From a virus, in the IMG/VR virus record IMGVR_UViG_3300020190_000007, positions 106,861-170,860 of that record: 64,000 nucleotides of DNA. One strand, 5' to 3'. Below are positions 54,842 through 64,000 of the stretch, one piece after another (the first letter of the stretch is position 1; the number at the start of each line of letters is the position of its first letter). Below the pieces are notes generated by a model. It was not told the origin of the DNA and made no database searches. It saw only the letters and a program-made list of their open reading frames with translations. The position numbers and the translations under genes were made by a program.

Positions 54842-55906
54842 ATGCAATTGTTTGATTTTGACGACATACTAATTGAACCAGCAATAACTTCTGATGTCCG
54901 CTCTCGTAGTGAGATTAATTGTCGTTTGAGTAATGGATTATTACCATTAATGACAGCCCCAATGGATACGGTTGTAAGTCAAACCAATTTTGATTTATTT
55001 AAAGAGCAAGGTATTTTACCCGTATTGCCAAGAATTAAAAATCCTGATTCATCGTGGGTGGATTGTAGTATTTTTCTTTCTTACAGTATGTCTGACTTTG
55101 AAAAATTATTTTTAGAGTCAACAAGGACCGAATATTCCGAGGAACAACCAATGTTAGTACTAATTGATGTGGCTAATGGGCACATGAAAGACTTGTTGAT
55201 AATGACCGAACAAGCAAAGAAAAAATACGGAACAAATATTAAATTAATGGTTGGTAATGTTGCAAATCCCGAAACATTTTATGAATATTCCAAAGTAGGT
55301 GCTGATTACGTAAGAATTGGTATTGGTAATGGCAATGGTTGTTTGACAACTGTTCAAACAGGCGTTGGTTACCCTATGGCATCATTAATATCTGAGTGTA
55401 GAAAAATTAAAAACGAAAGATGGTTGAGTACTAACACAAAAATAGTAGCCGATGGTGGATTCAAAAAATACTCGGATGTAATTAAAGCCCTTGCTTTAGG
55501 TGCGGATATTGTAATGTTAGGTTCAATTTTGAATAAGTGTTTAGAGAGTGCTGGTGAAACAAGTAAAAAAACCGGAACTTCAACGATTAGTGTTTATGAT
55601 AAAGTTGACCAATATTCAAAAGAAACAAAAGAAATGTTTGACGCAGATATTAATTTATATAAAACTTTTAGGGGTATGTCAACCAAAGAAGTTCAAACGA
55701 GTTGGGGAAAAGAAAATCTAACTACTTCAGAAGGTGTGGTTCGAACTCAAGTGGTTGAATATACAATTGAGGGTTGGGTAAATAATTTTGAATCATATCT
55801 AAAGTCTGCGATGAGTTATGCGGGAAAAAAAGAACTCCACCATTTCATCGGCGGAGTCAAATATAATCACATTTCAATGAATGGATTTAAAAGATTTGAT
55901 AAATAA
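54842..55906 (+). CDS. GMP reductase / IMP dehydrogenase family (no CBS domains)
   Basis: APMDTV, IDVANGH, GNVA, GIGNGNGCLTT, ADGG, KALALGAD.VMLG, FRGMS, SEG. Confidence 0.88.
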   Translation: MQLFDFDDILIEPAITSDVRSRSEINCRLSNGLLPLMTAPMDTVVSQTNFDLFKEQGILPVLPRIKNPDSSWVDCSIFLSYSMSDFEKLFLESTRTEYSEEQPMLVLIDVANGHMKDLLIMTEQAKKKYGTNIKLMVGNVANPETFYEYSKVGADYVRIGIGNGNGCLTTVQTGVGYPMASLISECRKIKNERWLSTNTKIVADGGFKKYSDVIKALALGADIVMLGSILNKCLESAGETSKKTGTSTISVYDKVDQYSKETKEMFDADINLYKTFRGMSTKEVQTSWGKENLTTSEGVVRTQVVEYTIEGWVNNFESYLKSAMSYAGKKELHHFIGGVKYNHISMNGFKRFDK

Positions 55907-56140
55907 TTATTCAACTCTAAATTCTTTGTCTTCCGCACTACTGATTGCATTGTCACTTTTCATACCCTCTTTAATGTAGGTACGAATCAATTTAGATACA
56001 CTCATTTTTTTCTTATTTGCAACTTTTTCTATCTCTCTAAAATACGCGGGAACAACTCTAAATGATAACATTTGAACTAATTGTTTAGATTTTGTTGTTT
56101 CGGGAAATTTGGTTTCTTTATTAAATTCTGTATTTTCCAT
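55907..56140 (-). CDS. ribbon-helix-helix-like DNA-binding protein
   Basis: MLSFRV....REIEKVA.KKKMSVSKLIR. Confidence 0.6.
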   Translation of the reverse strand: MENTEFNKETKFPETTKSKQLVQMLSFRVVPAYFREIEKVANKKKMSVSKLIRTYIKEGMKSDNAISSAEDKEFRVE

Positions 56141-56215
56141 GTCTGGGATTTTTATATAAATATTTGGTTTTTCAGATTTTTTTGTTTATTATTTAAATAA
56201 TAAATTAAATGTAAT

Positions 56216-56575
56216 ATGACAACAGGAAAAATAGAACCATCTTCATCAATTAAAGCGTGTGAGGAACGATATCCCGAAACTACCGCAGAATTTAAAAAAA
56301 TCCTAAAAGAACAGTACGAACTGTTTTGTAAAAAACAAATGAACTACGGACCCGATAATATTTCGGTTGGTACTAGATTAGAAACTCCTGAGGAAATAAA
56401 ATTATCTCAAACGGGTTTGTGGTTTAGAATGAATGATAAAATACAAAGGCTCAAACAGTTAGTATTATTGGGCAAAGAAGATACTGTAGGTGAGTGTGTT
56501 CAAGACACATATTCTGACCTATCCGTATATGGTATAATCGCACAAATAGTAAGTCGAGGTAAGTGGGCAAAATAA
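56216..56575 (+). CDS. nucleotide-modification-associated domain (DUF1599-like) protein
   Basis: LF.KKQ.NYG, RMNDKIQRL, DTYSDLSVYGII. Confidence 0.7.
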   Translation: MTTGKIEPSSSIKACEERYPETTAEFKKILKEQYELFCKKQMNYGPDNISVGTRLETPEEIKLSQTGLWFRMNDKIQRLKQLVLLGKEDTVGECVQDTYSDLSVYGIIAQIVSRGKWAK

Positions 56576-56695
56576 TTTTTTAAAATCAACTACTTATCAA
56601 ATAAAAAGTATTTAATATATTGATTATCAATATTATAATTAAATTTAAGGTAATGACGCCCTTTAAATTCAAAATAAAATAATAAAATATTTATA

Positions 56696-57070
56696 TTGAA
56701 ACGAAAGGTCAAAATGAAAGCAAAACAATCGGTGGCGGTAATCAAATTTTTAGATTCAATAAGTAAAAGTGTACTTCTAAATGTGTCAGTTGAAAGTTAT
56801 TTTACATTCTCAAAGGAGAAAAAAATCACCACCCAATTTTTAATACTCAAAATGGTAATCAAATCGATGAATGTTAAATTAAACACAAACGAGGCTATTT
56901 TACCAAATTTATTAAAATCATTAAAAAATAGAAATGAAAACTTGGAGAATTATGAATTTGCTGAAGTCTTAAAAAATATAGAATCTAACTTGGATAAATT
57001 GTTAGATATGACTAAAACAAATATAAGAACAAAAAGAACTATTAAGACAAACAAACCAAACGATGTCTAA
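56696..57070 (+). CDS. hypothetical protein
   Basis: ORF track (true start probably ATG 56714). Confidence 0.55.
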   Translation: MKRKVKMKAKQSVAVIKFLDSISKSVLLNVSVESYFTFSKEKKITTQFLILKMVIKSMNVKLNTNEAILPNLLKSLKNRNENLENYEFAEVLKNIESNLDKLLDMTKTNIRTKRTIKTNKPNDV

Positions 57071-57461
57071 AAGAAATATTGACGAAGAGTTGAAGATTTC
57101 TTACACCAAGATGGCTCTTGAGTGGTGTGTTGAGAATTTTGGGGTTAACAGTAGAAAGAGAAAAAAGTTAATTCTTGAAATTAATGATAAATCTCGAATC
57201 GAAGGCAAGATGTGGTACTATGGACAATACTGTTTTAATAAAAACAAAATTGTCATTTATATTTCTAACTGCGAAACCATAGATGATATAATCTCAACAA
57301 TAATTCATGAGTATACCCATTACCTACAATCAAGTTATTTATATCGACTTTATGAAAAATGTTATTACTATTCACAAAATCCATGTGAAAGACAAGCGAA
57401 AAGAAATGAAATAAAATACACTAAAGAGTGTATAAAAGAATTAAAGAAATTAATCAGGTAA
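57063..57461 (+). CDS. HExxH metallopeptidase-like protein
   Basis: TIIHEYTHYLQ...NPCERQA. Confidence 0.7.
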   Translation: MSKRNIDEELKISYTKMALEWCVENFGVNSRKRKKLILEINDKSRIEGKMWYYGQYCFNKNKIVIYISNCETIDDIISTIIHEYTHYLQSSYLYRLYEKCYYYSQNPCERQAKRNEIKYTKECIKELKKLIR

Positions 57462-57659
57462 GATTTCCGCTTCGGGTATTTCCTTCAAAAATAATAGATA
57501 ATTTTCATTTGTTTGTCTATTCATTTGACGAACAACATTATCACACCCCCAATATTTTTTTAAGTCCTCGATAAATTCAGGTTTAACCCTTGTTTCTTTT
57601 ATTCTTCGTTCAATAAAATATAATTTATTTTGAAAATTAAATAATTCTTTACAGAGCAT
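57450..57659 (-). CDS. hypothetical protein
   Basis: ORF track; operon packing. Confidence 0.55.
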   Translation of the reverse strand: MLCKELFNFQNKLYFIERRIKETRVKPEFIEDLKKYWGCDNVVRQMNRQTNENYLLFLKEIPEAEILPD

Positions 57660-57660
57660 A

Positions 57661-58263
57661 TTAGTGTTTACAGGTTATTTGATGTTCTGTCCACCTTTTT
57701 GTTGGTTTTTTGTTCTCAAACTTGAAACAAGACCATTTTTCACTTTTATCAAAATGAATATGTTTAACAAAAAAAGATGGGACTGTTGCACCTGTCTCTA
57801 ATTTCTGAGAATTTTTGTCAAAAATCAAGTCTATTTTAATAGTTAATGGTTCTTTATCGTCCCAAAGTCTTTCTTGTTCCTCAAGTAACCTCCATTCACC
57901 CCTATTTAAGTCTTGGTGTTGTAATGCACAATTTAAATAACTAAAAGTTTGTTTTAAATTTTCCATATTGTCGGAAAAAGTGGCAGCAGGTGCTAAATGA
58001 CCTTTATCCCACACATTGTTTTTATAATCGCCACCGTCAGATGTGTGTACACCTTGTTCCGTATAAAAATCCATTGACCCTCTATTAACATTTGTTCGTC
58101 TATTTGTTGATTTATAAATTAACCATATTGGCTCCTCTAATATTTGTGAGTACTTTACTTCAAATACGTTATTTTTTACACGGATTAAATCTTTCTGTGT
58201 TGTTAATGATGTTGTTATTAACAACAAAAACGATAAAACAACAAGAATAGATAGTTTTTTCAT
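57661..58263 (-). CDS. secreted DNA/RNA non-specific endonuclease (NucA type)
   Basis: Signal peptide; WDKGHLAPAA, TFSYLN..LQ...LNRGEW..LE. Confidence 0.88.
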   Translation of the reverse strand: MKKLSILVVLSFLLLITTSLTTQKDLIRVKNNVFEVKYSQILEEPIWLIYKSTNRRTNVNRGSMDFYTEQGVHTSDGGDYKNNVWDKGHLAPAATFSDNMENLKQTFSYLNCALQHQDLNRGEWRLLEEQERLWDDKEPLTIKIDLIFDKNSQKLETGATVPSFFVKHIHFDKSEKWSCFKFENKKPTKRWTEHQITCKH

Positions 58264-58814
58264 AGTTGGTTTTTTAATATATAACTAAATATATCTCCAG
58301 CAGTATTTTTTCCAACCGAAAACTCAACAAAAGGAATTGAATGGTCTATCAATCTACGTTTTATTACATCATCTATCTCTTTAGATTGAATTAAATTTTG
58401 AAACCTACCATTTTCATTAAATGTGGTGTCATCCCTGTTTAATAAAACGTTGAAATTGTTGTACTTTTTAAATAATTTGAAAATAAAGTAATCAAATGAA
58501 TTATCATAGAAGGTTGCGGGATATTCGGGTGTATCATTATATAAATCTTTGTAAACCGTTCCTAATATTATTGGTGAATCTACAATGATATATTTTACCT
58601 TACCATAAAGCCTACTGATATTTCTATGTTGATTAGCTGTAACAAAAAATTGGTCTTTTATTGTTGAGTAATTTTCTTCCCAAGCAACAATTTTTGGGTA
58701 TTCGAATGTTAATTCAACATCCATGTGATTTTTTTTCATCAAAGTAAACAATTCAGAGCTTTGTGTTGATTTACCAATACCTGGCCCCCCAAAGAAATTG
58801 ACAATTACGCTCAC
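58260..58814 (-). CDS. P-loop ATPase/kinase (AAA_28/NadR-like)
   Basis: NFFGGPGIGKST, IVDSP, GRFQ. Confidence 0.8.
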   Translation of the reverse strand: MSVIVNFFGGPGIGKSTQSSELFTLMKKNHMDVELTFEYPKIVAWEENYSTIKDQFFVTANQHRNISRLYGKVKYIIVDSPIILGTVYKDLYNDTPEYPATFYDNSFDYFIFKLFKKYNNFNVLLNRDDTTFNENGRFQNLIQSKEIDDVIKRRLIDHSIPFVEFSVGKNTAGDIFSYILKNQL

Positions 58815-58896
58815 ATCAATAATATATTAAAATTAACTTAAATAAAAAAGTGAACAATATGTAATTTTGGTATATTTATTAAATAAAAATTAGCTA

Positions 58897-59244
58897 ATGG
58901 ACATGGATTCTTTTTACACGGTACTAATTACAATAATCACGGTTTTAGGTTCCGCTAGCGCGTGGAGATATTACGAAAAAAGAGCTATGAGAAAAGAAAA
59001 ATCAGAGGATTACATGAAAGATGAGTGTAGAGAACGCATAACAAAACTTGAAATTTTGTTAGAAAAGTCGTCTTCCGAAAAAGACGACCTAAGGTCCAAA
59101 ATATTAGATTTAACTCGAGAAGTTGCTGAACTTAGAATAAAGGTTGAGTTTTTAGAAAGCAAAAACAAAGAGTTAAAAAAGAAAACGGAGGTGTCTGTAT
59201 TAGATACACCAATAAAAAGAGGCAGAAAACCAAAATCAATCTAA
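58897..59244 (+). CDS. N-terminal TM plus coiled-coil protein (holin/spanin-like)
   Basis: VLITIITVLGSASAW then heptad repeats; TATTTAT 58873-58879. Confidence 0.55.
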   Translation: MDMDSFYTVLITIITVLGSASAWRYYEKRAMRKEKSEDYMKDECRERITKLEILLEKSSSEKDDLRSKILDLTREVAELRIKVEFLESKNKELKKKTEVSVLDTPIKRGRKPKSI

Positions 59245-59807
59245 CAATTTTTTGTTAGTGAATCAAATATAGTTATAATTTCATTTAGGGAATCGTAAGA
59301 AAAACATTCTGAATAACCGGAAAAATTTTCCAAAATGGGTTTAAATTTTTTTACACCCCTTTTTTTATTTAGTTTTTCTTTTATTGTTTCTTCTAGTTTT
59401 TCAGCGTCTTTAGTGTCAATTCTTCTTAAAATCGTTTCTAAAGTATACCCCTTATATCCGTAACCCTTACTAAATCTACGTAAAATAAATCTTTTTGATG
59501 TAATACCTACTTTTACAAAAATTTTTTGCGTTTTCTCTTCTTTCATTAAAATCAAGTATAGTGATTTTGGTAACTTTTCTATTTTTTTCTTCTTACTCAA
59601 CGCGTGTTTTTTGATTTCACCTTGAACATATTTTTTAGCGTTATCCAAATCACTAAATTCCTTTACATCCCTGTTTGAATTAGGAAAATACTTTTTAAAT
59701 CTATTTGAATAGATAATTTTACCGTTATCAACGGTATAAATTTTACGATTATTAATAACCTTTTCATATATCGAGTAAAACCCCACCTTTAAGATTAGTC
59801 TATCCAT
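59241..59807 (-). CDS. GIY-YIG-like (T5orf172-type) nuclease
   Basis: LYLI...FVKVGIT....RR...AEKLE...GYSECF. Confidence 0.6.
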   Translation of the reverse strand: MDRLILKVGFYSIYEKVINNRKIYTVDNGKIIYSNRFKKYFPNSNRDVKEFSDLDNAKKYVQGEIKKHALSKKKKIEKLPKSLYLILMKEEKTQKIFVKVGITSKRFILRRFSKGYGYKGYTLETILRRIDTKDAEKLEETIKEKLNKKRGVKKFKPILENFSGYSECFSYDSLNEIITIFDSLTKNC

Positions 59808-59903
59808 ATAAATTTATTTAAATTATACATATTTCATATTTTATTTGAAATATACAAAATATATCAAAAAAAGTACTATCTTTGTATAAATTAACAATCA
59901 TCA

Positions 59904-60248
59904 ATGGAAAAACACAAGAAGTGCACAGGATGTAAAGGGGTATTCCCTTTGTCTAATTTCTACAAAAACAAGCTGATTCATGACGGCCACAGTAACTATT
60001 GCATTGACTGTACAAAAGTAAATTCAAAAAAGTACTTTCAAAAGAAGAAAGAACGCACCTACAAGTTGGAAAATGAAAATCTTTTAAAAATGGTTATCTT
60101 AAACAACTATCAACAAGAGAACAACTTTCCGCAAGCGGATAATCTCATGAAAATTCTCATGATTGAAAAAATGTGTAAATCGTTATTGGAGGAAGTTGAG
60201 AATTTAAAGCGTAGTTTTGTAAAAACAGAAAGTGAAGTTGTGGAATAA
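59904..60248 (+). CDS. Zn-finger protein (endonuclease VII-like N-terminus)
   Basis: CTGC...FY.NK...DG..NYCIDC; TATCTTTG promoter 59877-59884. Confidence 0.6.
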   Translation: MEKHKKCTGCKGVFPLSNFYKNKLIHDGHSNYCIDCTKVNSKKYFQKKKERTYKLENENLLKMVILNNYQQENNFPQADNLMKILMIEKMCKSLLEEVENLKRSFVKTESEVVE

Positions 60249-60302
60249 TTATGTACAAACCTAAATTATTGGGTATTTATGTGTATATAATTATTTTTAA
60301 CA

Positions 60303-61871
60303 ATGAGATTCACAGAAATACTGTTTGACACATTATTAGAGGAGGTAAAAAACAAGAAGCTCTTCAACACCCTAATGGATATTTGGAAAACAGAAAGACC
60401 AAATATTACAGACGAAGAAGGTGAAGGGCTTTTTTATGACTTTGCTAAAATAAAAGAAGGTTTAAGGCCTGACCGACCACAAGTATTTACATTTTTAAGT
60501 AGATACGACGGTGAACACGGATATCCAAAATTTGACCCAAATAATTTAAGACAGATTGAAAAATATTCTTATTCTCAATTATCGTTTTTATTAAACGAAT
60601 TTAGACCTGAAGAAAGAGCAGTTGAGAGAGATGTTTTTGCCGGTAGTGATACAAAAGCGTCACCAGAGAGAATAGAAGCGTCAAGAAGATTATGGTTTGG
60701 TAACGATAATTTAGTATTCGAAAGAGATGGTCTTAGGGTTTATGCGATAAGAGACCAACAAATGTCCATACGATATGGATACTGGTATCACACAATGTAC
60801 AAAAAAGCATTAGGTAGACCTGAACAATCTGACAGAGATATTTCTCCATGGTGTGTAACTTGGAGACCTGATATGGGTAAATCAAATATGTGGGGTAATT
60901 ACCGAGGAGAAAGAACATTTTATTTTGTTATTGATGAAAATAAAAGTGAAAATGACCCATATTTTATAAGTACAATCCAAAAAGACACAGGAGTTAATAC
61001 CGGTTTCAGAATTACAAACATGATGAATGGTGGTGACCTTGTTAAAACATGGGAAGAGATAGAAGAAATATATCCACAACTTAGAGGCGAAAGAAATATA
61101 ATAACAACCAAACCATTTTCACAAGAGGAATTATCTCTAAGAGATGTTGTTGGTCAAATAAACGAAAGAGTTGGTGGACAATACGAATTTAAAAGAATGG
61201 AAAAGGGATATAAAAGAGCTTATATCCAAAACGGTGGAACATTAGCAAAACCGGAATCATGGAGGTCAATGGATGACGAACTACGTAATTTGTATATTGT
61301 GTACCCCGAAATAAATCAGTACAACGTTAAAGAAAGATACGGTAACTTTGATTTCCTCAGTGAAATTAAAAAAGTTGGTAATCAATTTAATTTATTGGAC
61401 AGAACTTTAAGAGAAAAAGGTATTGGTGACGGAGTTGGGACTATCGTTGATTTCTTGATGGCTAACGAATTTAAAATTGCGAGAGTTAGTGGTGATAATA
61501 AAAAAATCAGACTATACGAAAGTAAAATTAACGGTAAATCAGGATTGTATAACGTGTCGACAAATTCATGGGTAGAAAAAGATGGTAAGGTTTATGAACC
61601 AAAATATGTACACATCGATACCGATGTTTATGTGGATACGGAAGGAAACACATATGTTGTAGATGTTTACAGTACAAGTACTCAAGCAAACGACGACTCT
61701 TTCTATTCAGTTTACAGTGTTGGTGATGAAAATCCGGAATACAACGCACACTTTATGTCATCTAAACAATTTAAGATATTAATGAAAGAATTGTCTCCTG
61801 ATGATGGTAGTGAACCCGAAACAGACAAACCGGGTGATTACACAGATATAAAAGAAAAAAGGGGTTATTAA
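60303..61871 (+). CDS. hypothetical (probable late/virion) protein
   Basis: 522 aa; WCVTW...W.NY...TFYFVID motif; TATTTAT 60274-60280. Confidence 0.65.
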   Translation: MRFTEILFDTLLEEVKNKKLFNTLMDIWKTERPNITDEEGEGLFYDFAKIKEGLRPDRPQVFTFLSRYDGEHGYPKFDPNNLRQIEKYSYSQLSFLLNEFRPEERAVERDVFAGSDTKASPERIEASRRLWFGNDNLVFERDGLRVYAIRDQQMSIRYGYWYHTMYKKALGRPEQSDRDISPWCVTWRPDMGKSNMWGNYRGERTFYFVIDENKSENDPYFISTIQKDTGVNTGFRITNMMNGGDLVKTWEEIEEIYPQLRGERNIITTKPFSQEELSLRDVVGQINERVGGQYEFKRMEKGYKRAYIQNGGTLAKPESWRSMDDELRNLYIVYPEINQYNVKERYGNFDFLSEIKKVGNQFNLLDRTLREKGIGDGVGTIVDFLMANEFKIARVSGDNKKIRLYESKINGKSGLYNVSTNSWVEKDGKVYEPKYVHIDTDVYVDTEGNTYVVDVYSTSTQANDDSFYSVYSVGDENPEYNAHFMSSKQFKILMKELSPDDGSEPETDKPGDYTDIKEKRGY

Positions 61872-61883
61872 ACCCCTTTTTTT
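61855..61883. terminator. bidirectional terminator
   Basis: AAAAAAGGGGTT-ATT-AAACCCCTTTTTT between convergent genes. Confidence 0.75.
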
Positions 61884-62709
61884 ATGATAACAAAGAATAG
61901 TATTCTTTAAAATGTTTTATACGGTCAGCTAACCCTATTGTACCACCATTTACTCTTTTTGTAATTTTTGTAACCACCGCGTCGGTAGCACCTTCGTCCG
62001 CCATTTTGTGTAATCCGTTTTTACTAAAAAACCAAGCCGCAGATAATAAGGCATATTTTGAAGAAACCAAATCAGGATTTGAAATAACATCCTCATTAAT
62101 TGCTTTACCGAATGCTGTATAGTTATCCTTTCCGGTTAATTGAATGTACCCTCTGCCACGAAATTTATACCCTTCTTTTGTTGGTTCAGCACCATTACCC
62201 ATTCTACCTCCATAAACACGAGATGCAATCGCTTCGGGTTTTCTTTGATATTGTTCTGCTAATGCGTCAGTCGGGAAATATTTTCCAAAAATACCTCTTA
62301 GACCTTTTGCCGAATAATTTAAATTTTCTTGTGTCGCCTTAAACCCACCTGATTCGTGACCACATTGTGCTAAAAAATGTGCCAATCTCAATGGTGTGTT
62401 TATTTGAAACTTTTGCGCGGTGTCAGGAATCAAAGCAATTACCGCATCGGGTATGTGACCTTTTAATTTTTCTAATTTTAAACCACCAACGTTAGGCGCT
62501 GGCGACGGTTCGGTGATTACTGTTTGTGTTGCAAACATTTTAGACCAAGTACCAACACCCACAATTCCGTCCGCTGTTAGTCCATTGGTGGACTGCCATC
62601 CTTTAACTGCCAACTCGGTACCACTACCAAATACACCGTCAGCGGTTAATCCTAATTTTTCTTGTAATTTTTTTACATCTTCACCTGTAGAACCTTTTTT
62701 AAGTAACAT
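61882..62709 (-). CDS. endolysin: PG-binding domain plus GH19 catalytic domain
   Basis: LKKGSTGEDVKKLQ..ADGVFG; AHFLAQCGHESGGF, ENLNYS, FRGRGYIQLTG, RVNGG..GLADR. Confidence 0.92.
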   Translation of the reverse strand: MLLKKGSTGEDVKKLQEKLGLTADGVFGSGTELAVKGWQSTNGLTADGIVGVGTWSKMFATQTVITEPSPAPNVGGLKLEKLKGHIPDAVIALIPDTAQKFQINTPLRLAHFLAQCGHESGGFKATQENLNYSAKGLRGIFGKYFPTDALAEQYQRKPEAIASRVYGGRMGNGAEPTKEGYKFRGRGYIQLTGKDNYTAFGKAINEDVISNPDLVSSKYALLSAAWFFSKNGLHKMADEGATDAVVTKITKRVNGGTIGLADRIKHFKEYYSLLS

Positions 62710-62801
62710 AGTTTTTTTGTTTAAATTTGGTTATTTCTAAATAAATATTTTGTAATTATATTCTCTTACCTCATCAAGGTATTTATATATAAAAGAAAAA
62801 A

Positions 62802-63374
62802 ATGAAAAAAATTATAGTAACTGAATCACAACTAAAACGTTTATTAGATAGAGTAATTACCGAATCATCTATGGATGTTGAGGAAAAATTAGATTACGAA
62901 GGGTTTAGTCAAGGTAACGACCTACAACAATTAAGAGATGCGATTGATAATAACATTCTTGTTAGTGTCGCATTTGTGAAAAAGGATGGTACTGTTCGTC
63001 ATATGTCAATTAAAAAATCTCTAAGTTCATATGTTGGTAGTGATAGAGAAAAAAGCGAAAAACAAATGAACGTCGAGATGAATAACAACATTAAAAAAGT
63101 TGTTGACATGAACTCTTATATCAAAAAGTTAAAAGAATTAAGAGGAATGGGTGTTGAAGATGAACAAGCTAAAATGGAGGCGGCTAAAGGTGCTTGGAGA
63201 AGTATTAATTTAGAAAATGTTTTAGGTTTTATGGCCAGAGGTAATTTTATTGACTTAAGAAACGATAATGAAATAATGGATAGATTTGGTGAACAAGTAT
63301 ACAATTCTCTAACTAAATCAATGAAAAATGTTTTAGCTCAAGACCAAATGGTTAATGAACCAAATGAAGGATAA
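62802..63374 (+). CDS. hypothetical protein with MKKIIVTESQLK N-terminus and SH3/WYL-like domain
   Basis: VAFVKKDGTVRHM...GAWRSIN; TATTTATA 62780-62787. Confidence 0.6.
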   Translation: MKKIIVTESQLKRLLDRVITESSMDVEEKLDYEGFSQGNDLQQLRDAIDNNILVSVAFVKKDGTVRHMSIKKSLSSYVGSDREKSEKQMNVEMNNNIKKVVDMNSYIKKLKELRGMGVEDEQAKMEAAKGAWRSINLENVLGFMARGNFIDLRNDNEIMDRFGEQVYNSLTKSMKNVLAQDQMVNEPNEG

Positions 63375-63437
63375 CCCACACATTTCAATTTAAAAAGTTT
63401 ATATTTTATTATTCACCACTATCGGTGTATAAAATAT

Positions 63438-63620
63438 ATGATAGAATTAAGAAACATTAAATTTTCCAATAAAAAAGTGGTTATGAAACCACAAAATAAA
63501 ATTGGTATTACAGAAAAATGGACGCCTAACTACTCAACGGTTACAGTGTTTCCAGTCCAATACATTATTCACGATGGCATTCCTTACTTTTTACAAACGG
63601 TAACAGAAAAAACATCTTAA
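63438..63620 (+). CDS. small hypothetical protein
   Basis: ORF track only. Confidence 0.4.
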   Translation: MIELRNIKFSNKKVVMKPQNKIGITEKWTPNYSTVTVFPVQYIIHDGIPYFLQTVTEKTS

Positions 63621-63796
63621 TTTAAATTTATATTAAGATTCTTATAAACGAAGCACAATCAAGGAATATAAATGATAAATTAATTAATTAGACAATTCAA
63701 AAACCGAATATGTTATAATTAAAATCACCCAACCAACTGTACGTGTTGATATGAAATACTATTATTTTGATGGATATTTATGATTAAAAATATATT

Positions 63797-64000
63797 ATGA
63801 AAATATTAATTACCGAAAACCAATACAAATCAGTTATTAAGGAATATTTTGAACCCGATAAACTCTATCATAGAGAAAGTTTGGTTAAGAGACTTTTAGT
63901 AAAAAATCAAAAAGGTTATTATGTTGTACCTAAAGAAATTAGAGACATAATAGAAAAACTACCATACATTGATTGTTATGACCAAGGAGGTATTAAACAA
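63797..64000 (+). CDS. hypothetical protein, 5' part (MKILITENQYKSV...), runs off window
   Basis: ATG 63797 after TATTTAT 63775-63781; frame open to window end. Confidence 0.65.
   Translation, partial: MKILITENQYKSVIKEYFEPDKLYHRESLVKRLLVKNQKGYYVVPKEIRDIIEKLPYIDCYDQGGIKQ

Noticed and set aside
1-64000. Stop-codon reassignment (alternative genetic code)
   Set aside because: Core genes are full length and tightly packed under the standard code; no suppressor tRNA is seen

Overview
AT-rich 64-kb segment of a large T4-like (jumbo) tailed phage genome. The host is most likely Bacteroidota, based on TAnnTTTG host-type promoters, a Bacteroidota-type bS21, a lipoprotein and boxA-like GTTCTTTGA motifs. 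The window holds: (i) a head-morphogenesis block (gp23 major capsid, gp22-like scaffold, gp21 protease, gp20 portal, gp17 terminase) with a ribosomal protein bS21 gene embedded on the opposite strand; (ii) an N-domain-less ClpC/ClpB ATPase and RNA-repair remnants; (iii) an RNA-rich accessory region with 4 intact tRNAs, several tRNA and gene relics, a tmRNA interrupted by a group I intron, and an adjacent free-standing HNH-type nuclease; (iv) probable virion or ejection proteins; (v) a 15-kb sugar-nucleotide and glycosyltransferase cluster; (vi) nucleotide-metabolism, nuclease and lysis genes. The best candidates for undescribed systems are non-coding. First, an array of four covarying structured RNA units (28924-29342) directly behind a 690-aa TerD-domain protein, with one unit matching the capsid terminator at 23/24 nt. 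Second, a late small RNA displaying an extended Shine-Dalgarno-like sequence complementary to the Bacteroidota 16S 3' end, with a partly antisense partner RNA about 10 kb away. Third, a leader-peptide attenuator in front of the tRNA cluster. All protein calls come from motif recognition by eye, not database searches.
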